From an uncultured virus (IMG/VR IMGVR_UViG_3300009034_000021) (lineage: Duplodnaviria; Heunggongvirae; Uroviricota; Caudoviricetes): a stretch of 64,000 bases of DNA. A model generated the notes under the pieces. It saw only the letters and a program-made list of their open reading frames with translations. It was not told the origin of the DNA and made no database searches. Shown piece after piece: positions 1 through 8,667 of this stretch. The stretch covers positions 1 to 64,000 of the IMG/VR virus record IMGVR_UViG_3300009034_000021; one strand, 5' to 3'. The first letter of the stretch is position 1. The number at the start of each line of letters is the position of its first letter. The translations under genes and the position numbers were made by a program.

Positions 1-110
1 CTAAGATCAACGTAACGAATCATATACGGAAAGGAGTCTATAATGAAAAAGTCAAATCCTATTCACGGGGCGGTGGCAAGGTTCTACTGGCTGTCTTCTC
101 AGCAATCCTG

Positions 111-470
111 TTGTTGGTACTCGTCGTCTCTCCCGCCCTGGCCGACAATGGCGAGGCCATCCCATCCTTCGACGAGGCGCTGATCTACGCCAGTAGCAAA
201 GCAGGCATTCCCATCATAGCCGGTTTTGTCATCTCGCTATTGCTGGACTACTGGAAAGATTACGCCGGTCTGACCACGGCACAAAAACGTGCTTTGTATG
301 CTGGTTTTTGTCTGGTTATACCGGTCAGTGCGGCTACGTTGCGCGGTGCACTGGGTTACACGCCGTGGACATTTGATCCGCTGTATTGGCACGCGCTGTG
401 GTGTGGTGTGGCGGCGGCTATCGCCGGAACGCTGATGCATCTGAAAGTCAGACGTGCGGCAAATCAATAA
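111..470 (+). CDS. Membrane protein (3-4 TM, holin-like); true start probably ATG 43 via a 1-nt shift in an A5 run
   Basis: Hydrophobic segments. AAGGAG + ATG at 43 is out of frame by -1 with a signal-peptide-like upstream extension. Confidence 0.55.
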   Translation: MLVLVVSPALADNGEAIPSFDEALIYASSKAGIPIIAGFVISLLLDYWKDYAGLTTAQKRALYAGFCLVIPVSAATLRGALGYTPWTFDPLYWHALWCGVAAAIAGTLMHLKVRRAANQ

Positions 471-724
471 TGACCGAAACTGTCATCACTTTTGACGGCC
501 ATGAAGGTAGTCGTCTTGCCTGTCCGGTCATCAACGTCTGGAATGATTACGATGACCGCTGGGGCAAAGGCATCGCCTTTGGCGTGAAACATGGTAGCAC
601 TGGTGTTCTATTAGAGCGAAAAGGTGATGCCTGCAAGGTGCGCGCCGGGGATAAAGTCGGCTGGCTGACGTTTTACTTCATCAAGGAGCTGAAGCAGGAA
701 TGGCAAGCCGAGAGAGAAACATAG
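470..724 (+). CDS. Small SH3b-like protein
   Basis: TAATG stop/start coupling at 468-472. The ...KVRAGDKVGWL pattern is typical of SH3-like domains. Confidence 0.5.
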   Translation: MTETVITFDGHEGSRLACPVINVWNDYDDRWGKGIAFGVKHGSTGVLLERKGDACKVRAGDKVGWLTFYFIKELKQEWQAERET

Positions 725-793
725 TCGTGGATATTCGCCTTGGCGGATTAGCCAATGTATACGGGGAATAGGTTGAAAACTGAAGTGGAAGAA

Positions 794-1052
794 CTTTCAA
801 TGCTAAGATCTGATTTTAGACAGTTGCAACCAAAGTTTTCTTGCGCGTTTTCGCCACCGCCATTGTCCTTTCAATGCTAAGATCTGATTTTAGACAGTTG
901 CAACCCGCAATGCAACGCGATGCACAGATAGACTGATAATCGCTTTCAATGCTAAGATCTGATTTTAGACAGTTGCAACCCGCTCGGATTTAAAACAAAG
1001 TTCGTTGACTCTTCACTTTCAATGCTAAGATCTGATTTTAGACAGTTGCAAC
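794..1052 (+). CRISPR. CRISPR array: 4 identical 37-nt repeats CTTTCAATGCTAAGATCTGATTTTAGACAGTTGCAAC and 3 spacers (37, 38, 36 nt)
   Basis: Exact repeats at 794-830, 868-904, 943-979 and 1016-1052; unique spacers at 831-867, 905-942 and 980-1015. Confidence 0.97.
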
Positions 1053-1079
1053 CCGAACTCAAACCACAAGTTCTTGGCA

Positions 1080-1120
1080 TTGACGCAACTGGAGCCGCTG
1101 GATATGGTATAACCCATATC
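1080..1120 (+). promoter_or_regulatory. Candidate sigma70 promoter between the array and the anti-repeat, overlapped by a 7-bp inverted repeat
   Basis: TTGACG(1080-85)-17 bp-TATGGT(1103-08), or alternatively TGG-TATAAC. Palindrome GATATGG-tataac-CCATATC at 1101-1120. Confidence 0.5.
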
Positions 1121-1167
1121 GCGAGTGGTCGCAAATCGTTTTTTGTACAAAAATACGGCAGATTTGC

Positions 1168-1460
1168 GAAATCGAAATCTTAGCATTGAGAGCAGCCTCA
1201 GTCACCAGCAGAGTTTGCCGCCTGCTGATGGGACTACGTTGCGAGGTAAAGTTAAAATACATTACCAAGACCAAATGGTCGCGATATGTGACGCACTCCG
1301 GGGTGCTCCCTCAGCTCCGGACTCTGCAACTGATAGTGGCAGACAATTGCGAAAAAGCACGAAACGCGCTATCAGACGTGCTGGCCTCGTGACATTGGCG
1401 AGGGGGACCATTACGGCGCACATGCCGGTCAAGCACTCCTTGACAATTCGTGTGCAAAAG
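1168..1460 (+). ncRNA. omegaRNA/HEARO-like scaffold beginning with an anti-repeat (tracrRNA-like)
   Basis: 1177-1192 ATCTTAGCATTGAGAG pairs with repeat nt 1-16 (one U-G). It is followed by omegaRNA-type blocks AGCCTCAG..GACTACGTTG, CACTCCGGGGTGCTCCCTCAGCTCCGGACTCTG and ACATTGGCGAGGGGACCATTAC, directly upstream of iscB. Confidence 0.85.
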
Positions 1461-1467
1461 GAACGAA

Positions 1468-2760
1468 ATGGTTTATGTACTGCATCAGGACAATTCACCA
1501 TTGATGCCGACCAGTCCAGCGAAAGCAAGGCATTTACTGAGAGACAGTAAAGCAAAGTTGGTGAACGTGGAGCCATTTACAATCCAGTTGATGGTTCCGA
1601 GCAGTAAGCATGTTCAGCCTGTGATCGTTGGTGTAGATCCAGGCGCAAGTAAAGCCGGCTTTGCAGCAATCGGCAACGGAAAAGTGCTTTATCAAGGTGA
1701 GGTCGCCCTGCGTACAGATATTTGCTACAGAGGCAAGGACGGCAATTACAAGGGCAGAATGCCAACGAGGGCTATGTATCGTCGAAACCGCCGTGGTCGC
1801 AAATGTCGCTATCGTGCACCAAGATACAAAAATCGTGCAGCCAGCAGACGGAAGGGTAGACTTCCGCCGAGTATTCAAAGTCGGAGCGATACCACCGTCA
1901 AAGTTGCCAAGTATATTGCTGGTTTTTTGCCGGTGAGCGAGATAATAATGGAGGTAGCCAACTTTGACACGCAGGCGATGCGAGCGGGCCACAAATTGCC
2001 GAATTGGGCTTATCAACGTGGCGAATTATATGGCCAGGAAAATGTCAAGATGTACGTTCGGGCTAGAGACAAATACACTTGCCAATATTGTGGCGAGGTT
2101 ATGCCAAAGCGATTGGAAGTAGATCACATCATTCCTCGTGCAAAAGGCGGGACATTGACGCCTGATAATTTGGTGACATCCTGCCACGATTGCAATCAAA
2201 GAAAGGGCAATAGAACTGCTGAGGAATTCGGTTATCCTAAGATACAGCAGAAAGTCAAAAAGTCTTTAAAGGCCGCTGCTCATACACAAGCAGGCAAGAA
2301 TGCAACATTACGGGGACTTGCCAAAATAGCACCTGTAATGTTGACCTATGGATACATTACTAAACTCAATAGAATAAAAATGAGGCTACCAAAAACTCAC
2401 TTTTATGACGCGGTGGTCGTTGCAGCACGAGGGAAGCCCACGAAATCTTTGGGCTGGTATGAAAAGATGAAAGCAGTATCGCGAGGACAAAGACAGCAGT
2501 ACAAAGCCAATCCATCTAAAGGCCATGTTTTCAGAAAGGCTAGACTGCCTTACGAAGTTTTTGGCTTTCGTATGTGGGACAAAGTTCAATTGCCTAATGG
2601 TATTATTTGTTTTATAGGAGCAAGACGTCAGTCTGGTAGCTTTAGAGTTAAGGATATTGATGGGCACGGGATTGGAAATATTACGTACAAGAAACTCAAG
2701 TTAGTTGAAAGGGCTAAAACGCTGCTGAAAATCACAGAAAGGTTGGCAAATGACTACTAG
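1468..2760 (+). CDS. iscB: IscB RNA-guided endonuclease (PLMP, RuvC-I/II/III, bridge helix, HNH)
   Basis: N-terminal SPLMPT, RuvC-I VGVDPG, Arg-rich helix RRNRRGRKCRYR, RuvC-II MEVANFD, HNH CQYCG..EVDHIIP..NLVTSCHDCN, RuvC-III THFYDA. SD AAGGA before ATG 1468. Confidence 0.95.
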   Translation: MVYVLHQDNSPLMPTSPAKARHLLRDSKAKLVNVEPFTIQLMVPSSKHVQPVIVGVDPGASKAGFAAIGNGKVLYQGEVALRTDICYRGKDGNYKGRMPTRAMYRRNRRGRKCRYRAPRYKNRAASRRKGRLPPSIQSRSDTTVKVAKYIAGFLPVSEIIMEVANFDTQAMRAGHKLPNWAYQRGELYGQENVKMYVRARDKYTCQYCGEVMPKRLEVDHIIPRAKGGTLTPDNLVTSCHDCNQRKGNRTAEEFGYPKIQQKVKKSLKAAAHTQAGKNATLRGLAKIAPVMLTYGYITKLNRIKMRLPKTHFYDAVVVAARGKPTKSLGWYEKMKAVSRGQRQQYKANPSKGHVFRKARLPYEVFGFRMWDKVQLPNGIICFIGARRQSGSFRVKDIDGHGIGNITYKKLKLVERAKTLLKITERLANDY

Positions 2761-3904
2761 ACATAAAGTCGGCTGGCATGTCGGAAATGAAAATATCCCG
2801 TTCGCCAAAGGTCAAAAGTCGGTTGTTCGTGCCGTCCCACCGGCTGCGCTGACTTTCATCACCGGTGAAGGATTCCAGCCTGATCACATGCGCTGGGTTC
2901 TGAATGAAGTCAACCCCGACTGTCATTTTTTCTTTAGACCATATTTTGTCCCCAGCAACAAACCACTTGACTATCAGAATTATCTCAATGCAGTTGAAAG
3001 CCTCATCGCCCAGCCGACGTGGGACTTCATCCCTGAACCACAGCGCCACCTACAAATCTTCAACGAACAAAATATGCCGCGTGATTCTCAATGGGAGGGC
3101 TTTGGCGCTTTCGCAGACGATATGAGGCGGTTCAACGATTGGTTCTGTCGTGGCTATGACCAGCTCAAGGCCGTCAACCCGACTTTCAAAATAGGCTGGA
3201 CGCCTCTCACGCCTGGCAACCGTGATGTATACTTTGAGGGCGATCCTGAGGATGTACCCTACTACATGCATGGGTCCGAAGCGGCTAACCCCAATGCGAC
3301 CTCTAGAGACATTCAGCGGGCCATCAAGTCTGGCCCATGCTACGAGTCGCTGATGAAAGCCGACGAGTACCTGGCCCATATTTACGTCGTTAACGACGCC
3401 GGACACCAAATCTACCAGCCTTGGGGCGGGCTGCGATGGCACGAGTACGAAAAGTACCTGCCCAAACCGATGGACATCTGGATAACCGAACTCGGCATCC
3501 AACACGGCTCGTGGGGCGCATGGTTTAACTTACTCAATCGGTATCCGCAGGTCAAGGGTACGTCCATCTGGCGCTTGGGCCACGAAATCAAATCGGCGGC
3601 AAACCCGGCGGTGCAGGAGATACACAATTATCTGGAGGGCTCACCCCCCACTCCGGAGCCTGCACCGCCGGCCACTTCTGTTGAAGAGCAAATCAGGGAT
3701 TCAGCCTGGCGTAGAGTCGGCGTTCGTTATAACCCTGAGGCGGCCTTTGCCCTCTACGCCAGGCTAGAACAACTCGGCGCACCTCTGTCCGATGAATATG
3801 ACGAGACCATAGACGACACGACGTTTCGTATCCAACCGTTCGTCGGCGGCGTCGTCGTGGCTGAGGTGGGCCAGTGGGACAAGGTCAGTCATCTGGAATG
3901 GTAA
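2750..3904 (+). CDS. Glycoside hydrolase-like TIM barrel with a C-terminal LGFP-like cell-surface binding repeat (endolysin candidate)
   Basis: Clan GH-A-like IFNEQN and IWITELG motifs; Pro-rich linker; LGAPLSDE..QPFVGGVV repeat. Confidence 0.55.
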   Translation: MTTRHKVGWHVGNENIPFAKGQKSVVRAVPPAALTFITGEGFQPDHMRWVLNEVNPDCHFFFRPYFVPSNKPLDYQNYLNAVESLIAQPTWDFIPEPQRHLQIFNEQNMPRDSQWEGFGAFADDMRRFNDWFCRGYDQLKAVNPTFKIGWTPLTPGNRDVYFEGDPEDVPYYMHGSEAANPNATSRDIQRAIKSGPCYESLMKADEYLAHIYVVNDAGHQIYQPWGGLRWHEYEKYLPKPMDIWITELGIQHGSWGAWFNLLNRYPQVKGTSIWRLGHEIKSAANPAVQEIHNYLEGSPPTPEPAPPATSVEEQIRDSAWRRVGVRYNPEAAFALYARLEQLGAPLSDEYDETIDDTTFRIQPFVGGVVVAEVGQWDKVSHLEW

Positions 3905-4380
3905 ACCAAGATCTGCCAACAAATGCCAATGAAATACTGGCTAGCGCCACGCCAGATCAAATTAAGTGGGTAGTGGCTCGTTTGACTAGCAAAACGGATC
4001 GAGAGGCTGCTAAATCAATTGGTGTTCATCCATCTACTGTCAGCAAGTGGCCCAACAAAGCTAAGCTTTATGAGGCTGTTAGTATTCTACTCCGTGAGCC
4101 AGTTGAGACCGCCTTAAAAATTTTGCAAGAGGCAGCGATAGATGCAGCCAACGTTTTGGTGGATGAATTAGGGCACAAAAACAAACTACGTGCCGCTGAT
4201 AGCATCTTAGATCGAATTGGTCTGCGAGGAGTGCAAAAACAAGAAATCAGCGGGCCTGGTGGTGGACCCCTCGTGATAGGAAACGTCACCCTCAATGACA
4301 AACAACGCGCTGAGGCCGTCCAGCAACTACTCGGCCAATTTCCTGAAATCGCTGCTGGAGGCTTACCTGAAACCGAATAA
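3898..4380 (+). CDS. terS: Terminase small subunit
   Basis: HTH (DREAAKSIGVHPSTVSKW), C-terminal KQEISGPGGGPL, immediately upstream of TerL. Confidence 0.75.
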   Translation: MVNQDLPTNANEILASATPDQIKWVVARLTSKTDREAAKSIGVHPSTVSKWPNKAKLYEAVSILLREPVETALKILQEAAIDAANVLVDELGHKNKLRAADSILDRIGLRGVQKQEISGPGGGPLVIGNVTLNDKQRAEAVQQLLGQFPEIAAGGLPETE

Positions 4381-6910
4381 TGCATTGTGGCTTCCTTTGC
4401 CGGGACCACAATTGGATGCACTCGTTTCGCCGGCCGATGAACTATTTTTCGGCGGAAGTGCCGGCGGGGGCAAACTCCTGAGCGTCGATGCCGTGGTCTG
4501 GACCCCATTTGGCCCTAAGCGTCATGGCGAGTTAGCGGTTGGTGATCAGGTGTGTAATCCTGATGGCAGCATTGCTCGTGTAATCACAGTGAGCCATTAT
4601 CGGAATGTGCCTCTATATCGGGTGACTTGCATAGATGGTGCTTCTGTATTGGCCGGAGCCAATCATAATTGGTTGGTGAAGATTGCCAGCGTGCGATTCA
4701 AGGCTCAACGTAGGATGTTCAACAATGAATCTAATTCGTTTGATGATCCTATAATACGAGCACGGGTAATGACGACCGCTCAACTCAAAGAATGTGTTGA
4801 TCGCGCTTATGAAGCTCAGCGGCAGGGCAAGCGACCTTATTGGCCTTTGCTTCCATTGACTCAGCCGGTCACCATGACAGTGAGCCATCGTTACCCTGAT
4901 GGGGTGTGGCCGATTGATCCCTATGTGCTTGGTGTTATTTTGGGTGATGGGCATATTGTAAAAAAGGTAAGTTTGACCACGTCCGATTTGTCAATCTCGG
5001 ATGCATTTACACGGGAAATGCATCGGTTAGGCGCGAGGGTTGTGCGTGATGATAGAGAAGGCAATGCAGCTTGGCAACTCAGGGTCAATGGTGCCACTGG
5101 AGTTGTACGGGCCCTACAGAAGTTAGATTTACAAGGTTGCCGTTCAGAATCCAAGTTTGTTCCTGAATCCTATAAGCGTGCCTCGGTGGACATGCGATGG
5201 GCGATGTTACAGGGTTTAATGGATACAGATGGCACCGCCGATTTCCGTGGACATTGTTCATTCTGTAGTGTGTCAAACAAGCTCGCGCTAGATGTCCAGT
5301 GGTTGGCTCGCAGTCTTGGATTTAAGGCTACTTTGTTTGAGAAAGAACCATTTTATCTCGGCGATGATGGACGCAGAATACATTGTCAATTGGCATATCA
5401 AGTTTATATCCAAGGAAAGGATACGGCGCGTTTGTTCAGACTGGAGCGCAAAAGTTCTCGTTGTCGTCCGTATAATGGTGGTTTCAGTCAGCCAATGCGT
5501 CGTGTGGTTGGAGTGGAGCTTGAGGATGAAAGCAATGCAGTATGCATTGGAGTTGATCATCCCAATGGACTTTATCTTACCGATGATTTTATCGTCACTC
5601 ATAACACTGACCTTTTGTTAGGCACGGCGATGCTGGCCCATAAGAAATCGATCATCTTCCGTCGTGAGCACGCCCAACTTACCGGCGTGGATAGTATTAT
5701 TGAGCGCAGTCGGGAATTGCTCAATGACGTGGCACGGTTCAACGGTCAAACTAATATATGGCGGGATATTCCCGGCGGCCGGATGCTAGAGTTTGGGGGT
5801 GTTCAACGCGAGCACGACACGAACAAATACAAGGGTAAATCGCACGATCTCAAAGCCTTTGATGAGGTTTCCGAATTTACTGAGTCTCAGTACCGGTTCT
5901 TAATTGGCTGGGCCAGGACGACGGACCCAAATCAACGTGTTCGGGTCATCGCCACGGGCAATCCACCTACCCACGTTAGAGGAGAATGGGTAATAAAATA
6001 CTGGGGCCCTTGGTTAGACAGCCAACACCCTCACCCAGCACGGCCTGGTGAACTGCGCTGGTTCGCTATGATAGACGGCGCAGACGTGGAGGTTGAGAAT
6101 GGCGAGCCATTTCAGCATAATGGTGAAATCATTAAGCCCAAAAGTCGGTCGTTCATACCAGCGAAATTGAGTGATAATCCCTATCTAGCGAATACCGACT
6201 ATGCCACCGTACTTCAGAACCTGCCTGAGCCGCTGCGTTCACAGTTGCTCTATGGCGATTTCAATGTCGGGGTAACAGACGACCCATGGCAGGTGATACC
6301 GACCGAATGGGTCAGACTGGCCTTTGAGCGATGGAAACAGCGAAAAAAACCAGATGTGCCACTTGCCGCCATTGGCGCCGACATAGCACGTGGCGGAAAA
6401 GACCAACTGGTTATCAGCGAGCGATATGATAACTGGTTCGCGCCATTAAAAAAGTATCCTGGCAAATCTGTCCTGGATGGGCCAGCAGCGGCGGCCCTAG
6501 TCGTCAAAATTCCAGGCAGCGCCGGCGCGTGCATCAACGTAGACGTGATAGGCATTGGTTCATCGGCCTACGATTCGTTAGCCAGCCAAAATTCAAACGT
6601 CGTGGCTCTCAACTTTTCTGAGGCGACGACAGCCAGGGATAGAAGTGGCCGGCTGAAAATGCGCAATGTCAGGGCCGAGGCATATTGGGGGATGCGCGAG
6701 GCATTAGACCCTGAGCTAGGCGACGACTTGGCTTTGGCGCCCGACAACGAACTCTTGGCCGACTTGACGGCGCCGAGATGGAAGTTAACGACGTCAGGTA
6801 TACTAATTGAAGAGAAAAAGGCCATTGCCGAACGGTTGGGCCGTTCGCCTGATTGTGGCGACGCGGTCGTCATGGCGCGCATGGGACAGAGGGGAGTATT
6901 TTTTGGCTAA
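4295..6910 (+). CDS. terL: Terminase large subunit containing an intein
   Basis: Walker A GGSAGGGK/T split by the intein, Walker B AFDEVSE, ATGNP coupling motif, nuclease GADIARGG..D, C-terminal RSPDCGDA. Confidence 0.93.
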   Translation: MTNNALRPSSNYSANFLKSLLEAYLKPNNALWLPLPGPQLDALVSPADELFFGGSAGGGKLLSVDAVVWTPFGPKRHGELAVGDQVCNPDGSIARVITVSHYRNVPLYRVTCIDGASVLAGANHNWLVKIASVRFKAQRRMFNNESNSFDDPIIRARVMTTAQLKECVDRAYEAQRQGKRPYWPLLPLTQPVTMTVSHRYPDGVWPIDPYVLGVILGDGHIVKKVSLTTSDLSISDAFTREMHRLGARVVRDDREGNAAWQLRVNGATGVVRALQKLDLQGCRSESKFVPESYKRASVDMRWAMLQGLMDTDGTADFRGHCSFCSVSNKLALDVQWLARSLGFKATLFEKEPFYLGDDGRRIHCQLAYQVYIQGKDTARLFRLERKSSRCRPYNGGFSQPMRRVVGVELEDESNAVCIGVDHPNGLYLTDDFIVTHNTDLLLGTAMLAHKKSIIFRREHAQLTGVDSIIERSRELLNDVARFNGQTNIWRDIPGGRMLEFGGVQREHDTNKYKGKSHDLKAFDEVSEFTESQYRFLIGWARTTDPNQRVRVIATGNPPTHVRGEWVIKYWGPWLDSQHPHPARPGELRWFAMIDGADVEVENGEPFQHNGEIIKPKSRSFIPAKLSDNPYLANTDYATVLQNLPEPLRSQLLYGDFNVGVTDDPWQVIPTEWVRLAFERWKQRKKPDVPLAAIGADIARGGKDQLVISERYDNWFAPLKKYPGKSVLDGPAAAALVVKIPGSAGACINVDVIGIGSSAYDSLASQNSNVVALNFSEATTARDRSGRLKMRNVRAEAYWGMREALDPELGDDLALAPDNELLADLTAPRWKLTTSGILIEEKKAIAERLGRSPDCGDAVVMARMGQRGVFFG
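4475..5605 (+). mobile_element. Intein (377 aa) with LAGLIDADG homing endonuclease, class 3-like
   Basis: Inserted between P-loop K and T. Block B HNW, block C LGVILGDG, block E LQGLMDTDG, block F VCIGVD, C-terminal VTHN/T. Confidence 0.92.
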
Positions 6911-7086
6911 GCGAATTCTGTTGTCAATCTCAGCATTGCCATTCTATAGCCTCGGCTGGCTGGTAGGACAGGTTATCAAACTGTGTCATTGGATACGTGA
7001 TGCATTTCGGGCTGGGTATATAAAGACGAAAAGGACTGGGCACATGGCCAATTTTCAGGTGGACGATGGCCACGAACAGGTAAATT

Positions 7087-8667
7087 ATGATCGTTGACGA
7101 GATTAAGGCAATTCAGAAACGCGAGTCATCTCAGCTCTGGCATGGCTACCCGGCCAAGGCCGCCCCGTTCTCTTGGCCCACCTGGAGAGAGGGTCGCCCG
7201 CAATGGAAACTCATAGACTACCAGGCCTACGTTGAGGAAGGTTTCAACCTCAACAGCCTAGTCTATGAGAGTATCATGTACAAAGTGCGGGCACTGCAAC
7301 AGGTGCTACTGCGGGCCTACAAAGGAAGCATGGAGCATCCTGAGTTGCTGGATGTCGATCATCCATTGGCGAAACTCATAGCGCGGCCTAATCCACATCA
7401 AAGTTTCGTTGAATTCCAGGGCCAATCAATCGTCTACTTGAATCTATCAGGCAACAACTATCTTTTGATGGACAGGCCGAAAAGTGGCGGTTTGCCAGAG
7501 GCGATGTACAGTTTACGACCAGATAGGGTGTTTGTTGTACCTGGGAAGCAAAAACGCGGTCAGGCCGGACTCAGAGGCTATCTATACGTCCCAGAAGGGA
7601 AATCGGCGTGGTCGGGCTGGGATGCGCGTCGGCGGGTGGACGCGTTACGAGAAGGTGAGGCCGTACCGATTGCTCCACAAGACATAATGCATACCAAGTT
7701 GCCCAACCCCGGCGATCCGCTGGAAGGCCTGGGCGACGGTTTGCCACCTCTCTCGCCCAGCGCGCGTTCGGTAGACGTGGATAACAAAGTGACACATTTT
7801 CTCAAGTTGTTCTTCGATAAAGGCGTCATCGTACCTGGCCTGTTACAATTTGAATCACCCCTGACCGATCCTATCATGTCCAGGGTTCGCGAGCGCTGGA
7901 AGGAAATTTACGGTGGCTACGAAAGCTGGGCTGAGGAGATTGGTATACTTGACCAGGGCGGAAGTTACAAACGTATTGGGTTGACTTTCGAGGAGATGGG
8001 CTTTGGACAACTGGACGAACGCAACGAATCCCGTGTGTTGGGCCCGTTCGGTATACCGCCGATTTTGGTAGGGACTCGTATTGGCCTGGCTCATGCTACT
8101 TATTCCAATTATCAGATAGCTCGTCTGGCTTGCTGGGAAGACACCCTTGTGCCAGAAGTGATGTTGTTTGAGGTGGATTATCAATATTATCTCCAGGGCG
8201 ACGATGGAGAGTTCGTGGCCTATGACTACAGCAAAGTCCCAGCGTTCAGGGAAATCCGCAACGCGGCCTGGGAGCGGGCGAGCGGTGGCGTGAGTGGTGG
8301 ATGGGTGACGGTAAACGAAGGACGTGCAGAGGCAGGCTTGCCAGCAGTAGAAGGTGGCGATGTATTCTTGCGTGGTGTGACGGTGATACCTGAGCCGGCG
8401 GAAACGCAGGAATTTGCCGAACCAACGACGGAACGAACCGAAGAAGGCGCAGCGGAAGCCGAGGCCGATGAACGTAAAGCATGGCAACAGATAAAGGCTG
8501 GGGATAATGGGTCTGACAGCCAGACAAAAGCAACGATTCCTAACGGGCTTCGACCGCCGAGCGTTGGGCTGGGAGAAGGCGTTCGCCAGAGCAATGGAGA
8601 AGGCGATGTTGGCCAACAAGCGGGCGTTGCTGAAATTGTTGCGGGCGGCCAAGTCGTTCAAAGCTGA
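7087..8667 (+). CDS. Phage portal protein (HK97-like)
   Basis: Follows TerL. RPNP..S, YLNLSGNNY, LRPDRV, FGIPPILVG and TVNEGRAEAGLP motifs. Confidence 0.9.
   Translation: MIVDEIKAIQKRESSQLWHGYPAKAAPFSWPTWREGRPQWKLIDYQAYVEEGFNLNSLVYESIMYKVRALQQVLLRAYKGSMEHPELLDVDHPLAKLIARPNPHQSFVEFQGQSIVYLNLSGNNYLLMDRPKSGGLPEAMYSLRPDRVFVVPGKQKRGQAGLRGYLYVPEGKSAWSGWDARRRVDALREGEAVPIAPQDIMHTKLPNPGDPLEGLGDGLPPLSPSARSVDVDNKVTHFLKLFFDKGVIVPGLLQFESPLTDPIMSRVRERWKEIYGGYESWAEEIGILDQGGSYKRIGLTFEEMGFGQLDERNESRVLGPFGIPPILVGTRIGLAHATYSNYQIARLACWEDTLVPEVMLFEVDYQYYLQGDDGEFVAYDYSKVPAFREIRNAAWERASGGVSGGWVTVNEGRAEAGLPAVEGGDVFLRGVTVIPEPAETQEFAEPTTERTEEGAAEAEADERKAWQQIKAGDNGSDSQTKATIPNGLRPPSVGLGEGVRQSNGEGDVGQQAGVAEIVAGGQVVQS

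Noticed and set aside
831..1015. Self-targeting spacers
   Set aside because: No match was noticed elsewhere in the window by eye; this needs a real alignment to be excluded.
1059..1576. ORFs 1059-1274, 1125-1550, 1186-1392 and 1262-1576
   Set aside because: They overlap the leader/omegaRNA region, have no recognisable motifs, and are better explained as ncRNA.
1468..2760. Calling the nuclease Cas9 or a plain HNH homing endonuclease
   Set aside because: It is only ~430 aa, has a PLMP N-terminus and no REC lobe, and has split RuvC plus HNH, so it is IscB.
700..2800. Active IS200/IS605 transposon
   Set aside because: No tnpA and no clear end hairpins were seen, and the iscB 3' end overlaps the next phage gene.
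8507..8667. 160-nt portal/MuF overlap as a frameshift error
   Set aside because: The portal C-terminal tail is low-complexity and both ORFs are otherwise intact; such overlaps occur in head operons.
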